From Candidatus Krumholzibacteriia bacterium (GTDB taxonomy: Bacteria > Krumholzibacteriota > Krumholzibacteriia > JAJRXK01): a stretch of 64,000 nt of DNA. Positions 50,000 to 60,300 of this stretch are shown one piece after another. The position numbers and the translations under genes were made by a program. The stretch spans positions 672,001 to 736,000 of the forward strand of contig JBGPIA010000002.1 of assembly GCA_041484665.1 (NCBI GenBank). The letters run 5' to 3'. The notes below the pieces were generated by a model. It made no database searches. It was given only the letters and a program-made list of their open reading frames with translations, and was not told where the DNA came from. The stretch's first letter is position 1. The number at the start of each line of letters is the position of its first letter.

Positions 50000-51211
50000 A
50001 TGCCTGCCGATCGTGCATCTTCGCTCGCGGTGATCTCGCTCGCCCGGCTGCTTTGCGGCGCGGGTGTGCCGGCGATTCTGGCTGCAGCACCGCCCGGATC
50101 CGCTGCACCGCTATCGGGATCCGCCGCAGTACTGTCTGAATCCTCTGCACCGCTGTCCGGATCCTCTGCACCGCTCTTTGAATCCGCAGCGCAGCCGCTC
50201 GCCGCGCTGGGCGATGCTCACGACGTCGCCGTCTCCATCAAGTCCGTCATCGCGATCCTCCCCGGCCCCTCTGCGCTGGACACTTTCCGCAGGCCGGTGG
50301 GCCTGTGCGCCGACGCGCGGCGTCACATTTTCATCGTGGCGGACACGGGCAATCAGCGTCTGGCGATCTTCGACGAGGCGGGGCGCTGCCGGGGCACGCT
50401 CGCCTACGCGCAGGGCCGGCCCGGGCCGGTCACACCCGGCGTCCCGCAGGTCCGCACCGCTGAGCCCGCGTCCGTGGCCATCGATGCGCGCGGGCGCTTG
50501 TACGTGCTGGACAACATCGGGCACACCGTCGAAGTGCTCACCGCCCTCGGCTCGCACCTCAGTTGGCTGGAGCCGCCGTTGCCCGGCGCAGCGGCGAGCG
50601 AGGCACAGGCCGACTACGTGGCCGTAGGCGCCCTCGGCAACATCCATCTGTTGTACTCCGGCGCCGTGCCCGGCCTGGTGATCGTGGAGCCCAAGGGGGA
50701 CCTGATCGCGTCACTGGGCTTCGAGCGCGGCGATGCGCGGGCGCTCAGGACCCCCATCTGCGTCGCAGTCGATCCGCAGGAGCGCGAGCTCGCCGTGGTG
50801 GATCCGGAGGCGGAGCGTGAGGTGCGCGTGCTCGGAGTGGACGGCACGCTGCTCGCGGCGTTCGGCACGCACGGCGAGGCGCAGGGCACCCTCTCCATGG
50901 CCGTGCACGTGGCGTGGGGCCCGGGCCACTCGCTGTGGGTCACCGACACCATCCGCCATTCGATCAGCATCTTCGACGACCGGGGCGCGTTCCTGGACCG
51001 CATCGGCGGCTTCGGGGCGGCTCCGGGCCAGTTCAACTATCCGGCCGCGTGCGCCTTCCTTGGCGACGACCGGCTGGTGGTGCTGGAGCGGGCGGGCGCC
51101 CGTTGCCAGATCCTCGAGGTGGAGACGCAAGGTCTCCGCCAGGCCCGCGCGACCCGCACCGCTGCGGGTCGCGCCAAGCCACAGCGCGTGGCAACCGGGA
51201 ATGGGGGGTGA
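50000..51211 (+). CDS. Exported NHL-repeat beta-propeller protein
   Basis: F.RP.G...VADTGN.R..IFD, P.SVAID..GR.YV.D, FG..G...G, IGGFG..PGQF.YP repeats; start uncertain. Confidence 0.88.
   Translation: MPADRASSLAVISLARLLCGAGVPAILAAAPPGSAAPLSGSAAVLSESSAPLSGSSAPLFESAAQPLAALGDAHDVAVSIKSVIAILPGPSALDTFRRPVGLCADARRHIFIVADTGNQRLAIFDEAGRCRGTLAYAQGRPGPVTPGVPQVRTAEPASVAIDARGRLYVLDNIGHTVEVLTALGSHLSWLEPPLPGAAASEAQADYVAVGALGNIHLLYSGAVPGLVIVEPKGDLIASLGFERGDARALRTPICVAVDPQERELAVVDPEAEREVRVLGVDGTLLAAFGTHGEAQGTLSMAVHVAWGPGHSLWVTDTIRHSISIFDDRGAFLDRIGGFGAAPGQFNYPAACAFLGDDRLVVLERAGARCQILEVETQGLRQARATRTAAGRAKPQRVATGNGG
50099..50182 (+). repeat. In-frame 21-bp tandem repeat x4 (SAAPLSG/SAAVLSE/SSAPLSG/SSAPLFE)
   Basis: Read directly: four TCC(G/T)C.GCA...G(G/A)A units. 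Confidence 0.85.
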
Positions 51212-51305
51212 GAGCGGCAAACGAATCCGCGTCTTGATGGACTCCCCCGACAGCAATCGCGGCGAGGGTCGTCGCGATGCCGAAGGGATCTCAGGGAGGT
51301 GAGAA

Positions 51306-52364
51306 TTGTACAGCAAGAGAATCCTGACATCGGTGGGTGTGGTGTTGGCCATCATGGCGATGGCGAGCCTGAGCATCGCGGGCGATTTCCATGCTGGGAT
51401 CAACCTGGTCTGCAGCGATTGCCACGTCATGCACTTCAGCCAGGGCCACGGGTACAATGCCAATGGCTCGGGCAACACCACGGCGTTGGGAGCTGCGGGG
51501 CCGTACGAGCTGCTGCTGCGCAACGACATCAGCGAGCTCTGTCTGAGCTGCCACGACGGCCAGGCCTGGGCTCCCGACGTGTTCGAGAGCCACGGCAACG
51601 GCTACGTGCGCCAGGCGGGGGCGTTGAATGAAGTGGGCGGCAACGGGCAGTATCCGCCGACCACGGGGCATACCCTGGGGTCGACGGCGGTTGCTCCGGG
51701 GAGCAGCCCGCCATGGAGCAGCCCGGACGGGTTGGAGTGCACCAACTGCCATGCCGCGCACGGTGGCGGCACGGCCGGCAACTCGTACCGCAATCTGGGC
51801 GGATTTGGCACGGTGCCCGGCCCGGCGTTGGCTATCAGCTACTCGCGTGGCGACGTCGAAGTCAGCAACGACCTGACCAAGTGGGTCTTCGAGTCGGCGT
51901 CGAGCGGCGTCACCGCGAACCACTACGGCGTGGGCGCCATCACGTTCAACGAGCCCGACCAGAACAAGTCGAAGTACGGTGAGTTCTGCAAGAGCTGTCA
52001 CACGAACTTCCACGGGGACGTGGGCGGCACGGAGCTCGGTGGCGGGGCGGCGGGCCGTTTCCACCGTCACCCGACCAACGGCGCCGACATCGCAGGATCG
52101 AACCTGACCCGCTTCCTGGGCAAGGCCAACGAGGTCCAGGTGATGTCGGCCGCCGGCCACAAGCCCGGCACCTACGTTGCAACCGACACCGATCTGACGC
52201 CTTCCTGCATGACGTGCCACAAGGGGCATGGCGACCAGAACGCGTTCGGCCTCATCTTCATGGTGGGGACGGGCACGGTCACGGAGCAGGGAGACAATGG
52301 GGTCGACATGCGCAACACCTGCCGCCAGTGCCACCCCCAGGGCGGCACCAGTACGGCCTACTAG
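51306..52364 (+). CDS. OmcS-like hexaheme c-cytochrome (candidate nanowire subunit)
   Basis: GGGAGGT RBS plus TTG; signal peptide; FH-x6-CSDCH-VMH, CLSCH, GH...APG...CTNCH..HG...YR.LGG, FCKSCH.NFH...RHP, CMTCHK.H, CRQCH. Confidence 0.8.
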   Translation: MYSKRILTSVGVVLAIMAMASLSIAGDFHAGINLVCSDCHVMHFSQGHGYNANGSGNTTALGAAGPYELLLRNDISELCLSCHDGQAWAPDVFESHGNGYVRQAGALNEVGGNGQYPPTTGHTLGSTAVAPGSSPPWSSPDGLECTNCHAAHGGGTAGNSYRNLGGFGTVPGPALAISYSRGDVEVSNDLTKWVFESASSGVTANHYGVGAITFNEPDQNKSKYGEFCKSCHTNFHGDVGGTELGGGAAGRFHRHPTNGADIAGSNLTRFLGKANEVQVMSAAGHKPGTYVATDTDLTPSCMTCHKGHGDQNAFGLIFMVGTGTVTEQGDNGVDMRNTCRQCHPQGGTSTAY

Positions 52365-52551
52365 GTCGGGTCGCTGGCGGGCAGGGGCGCTTTGCTCGGT
52401 GGCTCGCGCAAGGCCCCTGGGCGGGTCTTGGATGGAAGCGTCCTGACGCTGGAACCCAGGGTCGAGCCGCCGACACTCCGGCCAATGTCGGCGGCCGCAC
52501 CTGGGGTCGCTCTCCACTCTCCTCCAACCGCGCGGCCGGCGGGAGTCTGCG

Positions 52552-53733
52552 GTGAAGACCGTATCCGGCGCGGCCTCGATCCTCGCTGTTGCGATCAGCC
52601 TGCTCGCCAACGCCTCCAGCACGGCGCAGGCCCCTGCCATCGTCTTCGATCCGCACGGAGACCCACAGACGGGCGTGTTGCGCGTGCTCACCGATCCACC
52701 GTCGCGCGGCGAGTGCCAGCAGTGCCATCCCACCCACGGTGACGAAACAGAGCCGTTCCCGTCGCCGCCCGTGCTCTTCACCGAGAACGACAACCGACTC
52801 GCGTTCTGGAACGACGGCATCCAGCCCTGCCACAGCGTCCGTCCCGAGAACTACCCGCTGGCCGAGCAGGACCGCATGCCCGAGAGCGCGCCCGACCCGG
52901 GCTACTTCGAGGCCAACGTAGGCGGCCTGCGCCGTGCGGGCGTGCAGTACCGCGGTCGCTGGCCCGGCGAGCTCGTGTACACCAATCCCGGGCAGACCCC
53001 GCGCGGCCACTGGATCTCCCCCCACGGGCACGATCCCGACATGCCGCGCAAGGATAGCGGCGGCGAGGGCCTCTGCCTGAACTGCCACGATCCGCATGGC
53101 AACAGCGACCGCCGCGATCTGCTGGTCGCGGACTACGGCGGCGTCGGCGGCCGGGCCTCGGTGGGACCGCCGCAGCAGTACGCCCTTTGCTTCTGGTGCC
53201 ATGGGACCAAGGGCGCCGCGGGCATGGAGCCGGGCAGCCGCTTCGTCGAGGACTACTATGACGCGGGCCTCAACGGCAGCCGCGCCGGGCACCAGATCCG
53301 CAAGAACCCGAGGATCGCCCTCTCCTGGCCCGCACACGTCCAGGCGGGCGACATGCTTCCTTGCTACGACTGCCACAACCCGCACGGCTCCCAGGGAAAC
53401 AACCGCTCCCAGCCGAACGGGTACCTGATCAGCGACGAGCGCCAAGGATGGAGCGGCCTCACCGACCCGCTGGACTATCCGCCCCAAGCCCGGGCGTTCT
53501 GCCTGGGCTGCCACATCCTCTCTGACGGGATTGCGGGATCCCAGGTGGTCGAGGGGATCGTCATGAACACGCTGTCTGACGACCCCGCGCACCGCTCGTC
53601 GGCGACGGCGGCCTGCCCGGATTGCCACGGCCGCGACTACACCGGGCCGACGAGCAACAACGCGCACAATCCCGGGGCGGGTGTGGACAAGACCAAGACG
53701 CCGGGAAACCTGGGGAGCCCGTGGGAACCATGA
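52552..53733 (+). CDS. Exported multiheme cytochrome (6 CxxCH plus 1 degenerate motif)
   Basis: CQQCH, CLNCHDPH, CFWCH, CYDCHNPH, CLGCH, CPDCH and C-terminal AH; GTG start. Confidence 0.85.
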   Translation: MKTVSGAASILAVAISLLANASSTAQAPAIVFDPHGDPQTGVLRVLTDPPSRGECQQCHPTHGDETEPFPSPPVLFTENDNRLAFWNDGIQPCHSVRPENYPLAEQDRMPESAPDPGYFEANVGGLRRAGVQYRGRWPGELVYTNPGQTPRGHWISPHGHDPDMPRKDSGGEGLCLNCHDPHGNSDRRDLLVADYGGVGGRASVGPPQQYALCFWCHGTKGAAGMEPGSRFVEDYYDAGLNGSRAGHQIRKNPRIALSWPAHVQAGDMLPCYDCHNPHGSQGNNRSQPNGYLISDERQGWSGLTDPLDYPPQARAFCLGCHILSDGIAGSQVVEGIVMNTLSDDPAHRSSATAACPDCHGRDYTGPTSNNAHNPGAGVDKTKTPGNLGSPWEP

Positions 53734-55313
53734 GGGGCGTCCTCGCCACCGCGGCGTGCGCGCTCGCGCTGGCGAGCGCTGGGTGGCCCGCAGCCCCGGC
53801 TCGCGCGCTGGAAGGCCGCTACCTTGCTTCCATGGTGCACACCGAGGGGGCCGAGAGCGACGACATCCTGCGCCAGCGCTACGACATGGGCACGCAATCG
53901 GTCACCCCGGGCAACCTCAGCCTGGATCTGCGCATGTCGTTGTCCCACCAGGTCCGGCCCGGGGAGTCCAACACTGGGCTCTTGGGCAGCCGTTTCTTCG
54001 GCGACCTGCGCAGCCCCGCGTGGCGCCTGCGCGGACAGATCGTCCCGTGGCAGGACCTCAACCCGGGAGCCAACTCCCCGCGCGAGCGCAATCTGCAGGC
54101 CGGTCTGGATCTGATGCCGCGCGGAGCGCCGCGCCTTTCGCTCGACTACCAGAGGCTCGACCGCGACGTCCAGAACCAGCGCAGCTTCTCGGAGGACCGG
54201 CGCGCCCAGCTCGCCTACGAGACGGGCGGCGTCTCGGCAAACCTCCGCTACCGCAATCTCGGCACTCGCTCGCCCGAGAGCCGCACGCCGGGCGCGCAGA
54301 CGCGGGAATGGCGCGGCTTCGTCAGCGGCACGCGCAGCTACAAGCGCCTCAGCGGCCAGGCCTCCTACGATGGACTGCTCTCCCGCTTCCGCTCCGGAGA
54401 TCGCGCCCGCGACCTCACGACCCAGCAGGTCGACCTCAGCGGAACGTGGAGCCCGAGCCGCAAATTGACCCTAGGCGCCACTGCGCTGGATCGCTGGGGC
54501 CAGGTGCAGGACAACATCCAGAACGGCGACCGCGCGATCGCCGCCCGCGCCCTCAGCGCGCGGGCGGATTACACGCCCGTCACGCCTATCCAGCTGCAGG
54601 CGGCGCGCGAGTACCGGCGCGAGGCGGCCCCGACCGGCGACGTCGTCTCCGATTACCTGCGCCTGCAAGGGATCTTCCGCCGGCCGCTCCTGCGCGCCAT
54701 GACCTTCCAGACGGGCTACGAGCAGACCGTGAACCTGCAGAGCGGTGGCGGCAGCGTGCCCAGCAGCACGGGCTTCGCCCTGCTGGATGGGCACGTGCGC
54801 ACTGGCGTCGAAGGGCACGGCGAGGTGCGGGCCGCGCACACTCCAGGCGGGGGCGCGCCGGGCATCCAGTGGATGCGCCTGCTGCAGCTGCGCACCTATC
54901 CCAGCCGCAGCTCGCGGCTGGAGGCCAGCTACCGTCTCGAGACGCTTCCGGTCGACTCGCTGACGCAGCGGGATCGCCAGTGGGACTTCACGGCCGGATA
55001 CGATCCTTCGGCGAACATCAGCTTGGTGGGCTCCTACCGCATGCAGGACGGTACGGGGCGCGTCGACCGCTCCGAGCGCAACGCCTCAGCCAGCACCACG
55101 TGGCGAGCCGCCCGGCGGACATCGATGGGCGTGAACTGGTCCCACCGCCGGGCGCGCGCGGCTTTGGCGCAGACGCGCGAGACCGTCACAGGGGTGGACG
55201 TCACGTTCTGGCTGCCGGGAGAATGGAAGCTCCACGGCTCGGCCAACTACGTGACCAGCGATTATCGTCAGGACATGACCTCGTACAACGTGATCCTCGA
55301 GAAGGTCTTCTGA
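53730..55313 (+). CDS. Large outer-membrane beta-barrel protein
   Basis: ATGA overlap with upstream stop, signal peptide ending ARA, continuous amphipathic strands, C-terminal YNVILEKVF beta-signal. Confidence 0.8.
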   Translation: MRGVLATAACALALASAGWPAAPARALEGRYLASMVHTEGAESDDILRQRYDMGTQSVTPGNLSLDLRMSLSHQVRPGESNTGLLGSRFFGDLRSPAWRLRGQIVPWQDLNPGANSPRERNLQAGLDLMPRGAPRLSLDYQRLDRDVQNQRSFSEDRRAQLAYETGGVSANLRYRNLGTRSPESRTPGAQTREWRGFVSGTRSYKRLSGQASYDGLLSRFRSGDRARDLTTQQVDLSGTWSPSRKLTLGATALDRWGQVQDNIQNGDRAIAARALSARADYTPVTPIQLQAAREYRREAAPTGDVVSDYLRLQGIFRRPLLRAMTFQTGYEQTVNLQSGGGSVPSSTGFALLDGHVRTGVEGHGEVRAAHTPGGGAPGIQWMRLLQLRTYPSRSSRLEASYRLETLPVDSLTQRDRQWDFTAGYDPSANISLVGSYRMQDGTGRVDRSERNASASTTWRAARRTSMGVNWSHRRARAALAQTRETVTGVDVTFWLPGEWKLHGSANYVTSDYRQDMTSYNVILEKVF

Positions 55314-55325
55314 GGGGGGCGCATC

Positions 55326-55904
55326 GTGACACGCTCGAGCCCATCCTGGGCGCCCGTCGTGCTGGCGGCGCTCGCGCTGGTCGGATGCGCCGGCCCGGCA
55401 CGGTTCGTCGACCCCGAGGCCGACCTTCCCTTCTATGAGGTCGTGGGAGTCGTCCCCTTCGTCACGCTGGCGCAGGACCGCCTCGCCGGCGAAAAGGCCA
55501 CCAACGTGTTCTTCACCGAGCTGCTCGGCCGCCGCTTCGCCCGCGTCACGGAGCCCGGCCAGTTCACCGCCGCCATGCAGCGCGTGCGCGGCGGGACGTC
55601 AGCGGCCAACCCCTGGTCCACAGCGGAGCTCGTGCGCCTGGGCGAGGAGGCCGGCGTGCAAGGGGTCTTCATGGGGACGGTGCGCGACTGGGACATGGCG
55701 CCAGCCGGGCGCGAGTCGTTCCCGTTGATCTCGCTCGAAGTCCGGCTGGTGGACACTGCGTCGGGACGCGTCGTCTGGAGCGCGAGCCAGACGCGCAAGG
55801 GCGGCCCCGCGCTGCCCCTGATCGGCTGGGGCGAGATCCACACGCTCGGTGAGCTGGCCTCCGACATGTGCCGCAACCTGCTCAAGACGCTGCCTCGAAA
55901 ATAG
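55326..55904 (+). CDS. CsgG/GNA1162-like lipoprotein
   Basis: Lipobox LVGC; 'V.VVPF..L', 'LG...GV..V..G.V', 'RLVD..SG.VVWS'. Confidence 0.75.
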   Translation: MTRSSPSWAPVVLAALALVGCAGPARFVDPEADLPFYEVVGVVPFVTLAQDRLAGEKATNVFFTELLGRRFARVTEPGQFTAAMQRVRGGTSAANPWSTAELVRLGEEAGVQGVFMGTVRDWDMAPAGRESFPLISLEVRLVDTASGRVVWSASQTRKGGPALPLIGWGEIHTLGELASDMCRNLLKTLPRK

Positions 55905-55916
55905 AGGACGAGCGCG

Positions 55917-56663
55917 ATGGAGCTGCACTTCCACCCACTGCATCCGCGGCCACGCGTCCACCGGCTCGCTGCCGGGCGCGCACGCGGGCGCAGGCGGTGC
56001 TCGGTGACCGCGTTGCCGGGCTCGGCGACGCTGGGCGGCCCTGCGCTGCTGGGCGCCGCGCTGCGGGCCACGGCGCTGCTGGTCACGGCGCTGCTGGGCG
56101 CCTGCGGCGGGGCGTCTCCCCACGCCTTCGTCACCGAGCCGATCCAAGGGCCATTGCGCGTCGCGATTCTTCCGCTAGCCAACTACGCACCCGCGCGCGA
56201 TGCCGTCGATCGTGTGATGCCGGCACTGCTCGTTGGCCTGGGGCGCATGCGCGGTCTGGAGGTCGTGGATCCTGGACGCGTCGAGGAAGCGCTCGCACAG
56301 GAGCCCTGGCTGCTCATGGACCGCATCCCGCCGGACCTGGTGGGACGGCTGGGACAGTCGCTGGGCGCCGACGCGCTGCTGATGGGCTCCCTGCTCTCCT
56401 ACGGCTACCGCGAGTCCGGCGGCGAGCGCACGCCCCAGGTCTCCTTCTCGCTGCGCCTGGTGCAGGTGCCGAGCGCGCGCGTGCTCTGGAGTGCCGTACA
56501 CAGCCGCGACGGCGCCGACCACGAGTGGATCTTTGGCCTGGGGCGCGTGGAGAGTCTCGATCTGCTGACCACGCGGACGGTGGAGGAGATCCTCGAGAGC
56601 CTCCCGGTGAATGCCGACGGCAGAGCAGCCACGGCCGAACAAGAAACCGGAAAGGGGAAGTGA
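55917..56663 (+). CDS. CsgG/GNA1162-like lipoprotein (paralog)
   Basis: Lipobox LGAC; 'VAILPL.N', 'LG..LGADALL.G', 'LRLV.V....VLWS'. Confidence 0.75.
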   Translation: MELHFHPLHPRPRVHRLAAGRARGRRRCSVTALPGSATLGGPALLGAALRATALLVTALLGACGGASPHAFVTEPIQGPLRVAILPLANYAPARDAVDRVMPALLVGLGRMRGLEVVDPGRVEEALAQEPWLLMDRIPPDLVGRLGQSLGADALLMGSLLSYGYRESGGERTPQVSFSLRLVQVPSARVLWSAVHSRDGADHEWIFGLGRVESLDLLTTRTVEEILESLPVNADGRAATAEQETGKGK

Positions 56664-56665
56664 CC

Positions 56666-57235
56666 ATGTTCGCGGAGCACGCCCTCGTGGCTTGGTTGAT
56701 CTGCGGTCTGGCATCGCCGGCGCCTCCTGCGCAGCGCGCGCAGCCCGCGGCAGCTGCGCCGGCAGCCATCGCGCCGGCAGCGCATACGGCGCCCGCCGCG
56801 CATCCGGTGCCCGCCGCGCCGCCGGCAGCGGCCGGGGAAGCGAAGGCGGCCGGCGACTCGACCCAGGCGCCCAACGTCAAGTTCGTGCCCGTGCCGCAGG
56901 ACACGAGCCTCGTCTTCCTGATCCAGGCCGGCAACCGCCTCTATCCCGAATGGAAGGAGGAGCACAGGGTGCGCCTGCACGAGCGCTTCCCGCTGGGCGA
57001 CACGCGCAACAGCGCGGAAGTCGGCCGCTTCTTCCCCGACTTCCGCATCATCGACGGCAAGCCCATGAACGTCGGGCGGACGCTGGGCAATCCAGCCATC
57101 CGCGTGTTCGTGTTCGAGGAGGAAGCGCCAAAGGACAGCTCGTGGGCGTTCCTGAATTTTCCGCCGCATTTCTCGCCGCACTCGTTCTACACGTTTCAGC
57201 TCGAGCAGGTGAAGGGCTACCCAGCCGCGAATTGA
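56666..57235 (+). CDS. Exported protein with ResB-periplasmic/DUF2155-like domain
   Basis: Signal plus Ala/Pro linker; 'F.PDF.I.DG.....NPAIRV.V.E......W.F..FP' pattern (family assignment from memory). Confidence 0.55.
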   Translation: MFAEHALVAWLICGLASPAPPAQRAQPAAAAPAAIAPAAHTAPAAHPVPAAPPAAAGEAKAAGDSTQAPNVKFVPVPQDTSLVFLIQAGNRLYPEWKEEHRVRLHERFPLGDTRNSAEVGRFFPDFRIIDGKPMNVGRTLGNPAIRVFVFEEEAPKDSSWAFLNFPPHFSPHSFYTFQLEQVKGYPAAN

Positions 57236-57307
57236 TGCGTCGACTGGAAGGGTTGCCTCCCGGAGAGCGCCCGGCGCCGCGGAGGCTCGTGGGTGTGGAG
57301 GTCTGCC

Positions 57308-60300
57308 ATGCGTAGGGCAACGGGGATCGGGTGGGTGGAGTCCTGGAGGCTCTCCCTGGGGGTCGCGACTGCGTTGGTATGCGCGGCGGCCACGGCCACG
57401 GCGCCGCCAGCGCGCGCCGCCACCGGCCGGCCCTGCTACGAATGCCACAAGGAGGCGCGGGAGCAGTTCAAGAAGCTCGTGGTCCATCCACCGGTGGCCA
57501 AAGAGGACTGTGAGGCGTGCCACAAACGCCACGGCTTCGCGCAGACGCTGATCCTCCAGAAGAGCTTCCCCGATCTCTGCACCGGATGCCACGCGAACGT
57601 GATTGCGCCGCCCTCCGGCGCCCAGGCTGGCAAGACGGGGTCCAACCACCTGGTGTACGCGTCGGTGAACTGCGTGTCGTGCCACGATCCCCACGCCGCC
57701 GACCGCAAGGGCCTCCTGCGCGGCACGCAGGCACAGACCTGCGCCCAATGCCACCCGCGCATCCAGGCCGCGCTCACCGCCAAGGAGCCGCACAAGCCGT
57801 TTGCCGAGGGGAAGTGTGACGCCTGTCACGGAACCCACGACGCGCCGCAACCCAACCTGCTGCTGGCGCCCGAGGCCGAGCTGTGCGCCCGCTGCCACGG
57901 TCCAACGGTGGGGTTGCCGGAACTCCATCGTCGACCGGAGGTGGCGGGCGCCGCCTGCTCCTCGTGCCACGATCCCCACGGGGCGCCCAAGGCGGGCAGC
58001 GGCGGCGGCTACATCCACCAGCCGTTCGCCGAGGCCAACTGTGGCGTCTGCCACACCGACCCCAAGGCCGATCCCAAGGCGCTCACCGCCACCCAGGGCG
58101 AGCTGTGCGGGACATGCCACGGCGAGGTGGCCACGGTCGCCCAGGCACAGGGTGGACATCCGCCTGCCGCGGCCGGGGATTGCACGCGCTGCCACGAGCC
58201 ACACCGCTCCGACCGCGGCGCGCTCCTGAAAGGTGACGCCGAGGATCTTTGCATGCCCTGCCACGGCGACTTGCGCGACCAGCAGAAGCTCGCCGCGCAG
58301 CACGCGCCGTTCCGCGACCTGGACTGCTCCGCCTGCCACGCGCCGCACGGCAGCACGACCACCGCGATGCTGAAACAAGTGCCCCAGGCGCTGTGCCAGT
58401 CCTGTCACCAACCGATCGTGGACAAGGCCAAGGCCGCCAAGGCGCAGCATCCGCCGGTGCTGACGGACTGCTCGGCCTGCCACGTACCCCACGCCAGCGA
58501 GCAGCCGAAGCTGTTACACGATCTTCCCGGTCAGACCTGCCTTGGCTGCCACTCTGCCCAGGAGGCCGAGCAGAAGCTACCCGTGGTGCACTTGCCATTC
58601 TCCGTGGGTGACTGCGGCTCGTGCCATGGAGCGCACGGGACCGATGTGCCCGGCATGCTGGTGCGCAGCGATCCGGTGCTCTGCATCACGTGTCACCGCA
58701 AGCAGGGTGACGAGCGGCACATGGCCGCTCCCCACGCCCCGTTCGCTGCGGGCGAATGCTCGACGTGCCACGCCCCGCACGCGGGGAGGAATGGCGGGCT
58801 GCTGGTCTCCTCGCAGCAGGAGCTTTGCGCGAGCTGCCACGGCCAGATCAAAGGCACCGCGGCAGCGGCGACCGCGGCGGCCCCCAGCGCCGCCAGCCTG
58901 CACGCGCCGGTCGCGGGCGGCGAGTGCTCCGCCTGTCACAACCCGCACGCCGTCGACTCGGGCAAGGCGCTGCTGCGCGAGGCGGGCGGTGCCGAGCTGT
59001 GCTTCACGTGCCACACCGCGCTCAAAGACTCCTTCGCCGCGGGCGTCGTCCACGCCCCCGTCAAGGAAGGCAAGTGCACCACTTGTCACGACGGCCACCA
59101 GACCATGGATGACAAGGGCCAGATCCTGCTGAAGACGGCCTGCACCAGCTGCCATGACGCCGGCACGGGCGACTTCCGCAAGATCCACGGGGAATTCCAG
59201 CTGGAGGCCTCGACCTGCGTGGAGTGCCACGACCCGCACCGCAGCGACGCCAAGGGACTGCTGCGCAAGGTGCGCCACGAGCCGTTCGCCAGCGATGCGT
59301 GCGGTACCTGCCACCAGCCGCCGGCTCCCGGCCGCGCCCCGCAGCTCTTGTCCGAGCAGGGTAAGCTGTGCGCGAGCTGCCACGGCGCGCCGCAGGAGCC
59401 GGCGCCGCCCAAGGGGCTGCACGCGCCCGTGGCCGCCGGTGAGTGCAGCGAGTGTCACAATCCCCATGTGGCGCAGCGGGCCGCCCTGCTGCGTGGCAGT
59501 GGCGGTGACCTGTGCCTGCGCTGCCACGACGACCTCGACTTGGCCCTGAAGACCGCCGGTCCCGAACTCGTCCACAAGCCCGTGGAGGCCAAGCAGTGCG
59601 ACGCGTGCCACGGCGGGCACACCGGCATCATGCCGGGCCTGCTGGACCAGAGCGTCCCCGGCTTGTGCGCGACCTGCCACGGCGATGTGCTGGAGCGCGC
59701 CGGGCGCAAGTTCGGCCACGCGCCCGCCAAGCAGGGCAAATGCCTGGAGTGCCACGACCCGCACCTGGGCAAGAGCAAGGGGCTGCTGGTCACCGCCAGC
59801 ACGCGGGAACTGTGCGCCAAGTGCCACGACAGCAACGCTGCGCACTTCCAGACCGCCCATCGCGGCTTCAAGGTCGGACTCGGCAACTGCGCCGGCTGCC
59901 ACGACCCCCACGGGTCGGACCAGAAGGGGCTGATGCCGGCGTTCGCCCACGTTCCGTATGCAGAGGGCGAGTGCGCGTCGTGCCACGCATCGCCGGATCA
60001 GCTGGTGGCGTCACCGCCGCAGCTGTGCACGAGCTGTCACGACGACCACGCGCAGGACGCCCAGAAGGCCTTCCCGCACAAGGCCGTCTCCGAAGGGCCG
60101 GCGTGCCTCAACTGCCATGCTCCCCACGCAGGCAAGACCGCGTCCCTACTGATCCGCGAGGACGTGGGCAGGACCTGCTGGACGTGCCACGAGCGCGCCG
60201 CCTTCCAGCACAAGAACCAGCACCCCGACCTGCAGAGCGGTTGCACCAACTGCCACGACCCGCACGGCAGCGCTACGGGAAGGATCCTGAAGGCGCCCGA

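Noticed and set aside
51212..51305. GEMM-I (c-di-GMP/cGAMP) riboswitch upstream of the OmcS-like gene
   Set aside because: GGCAAAC is present, but the GNRA-capped P2 and the GCAAAGC/P3 elements are not; the similar A-rich stretch at 26960-27000 also fails
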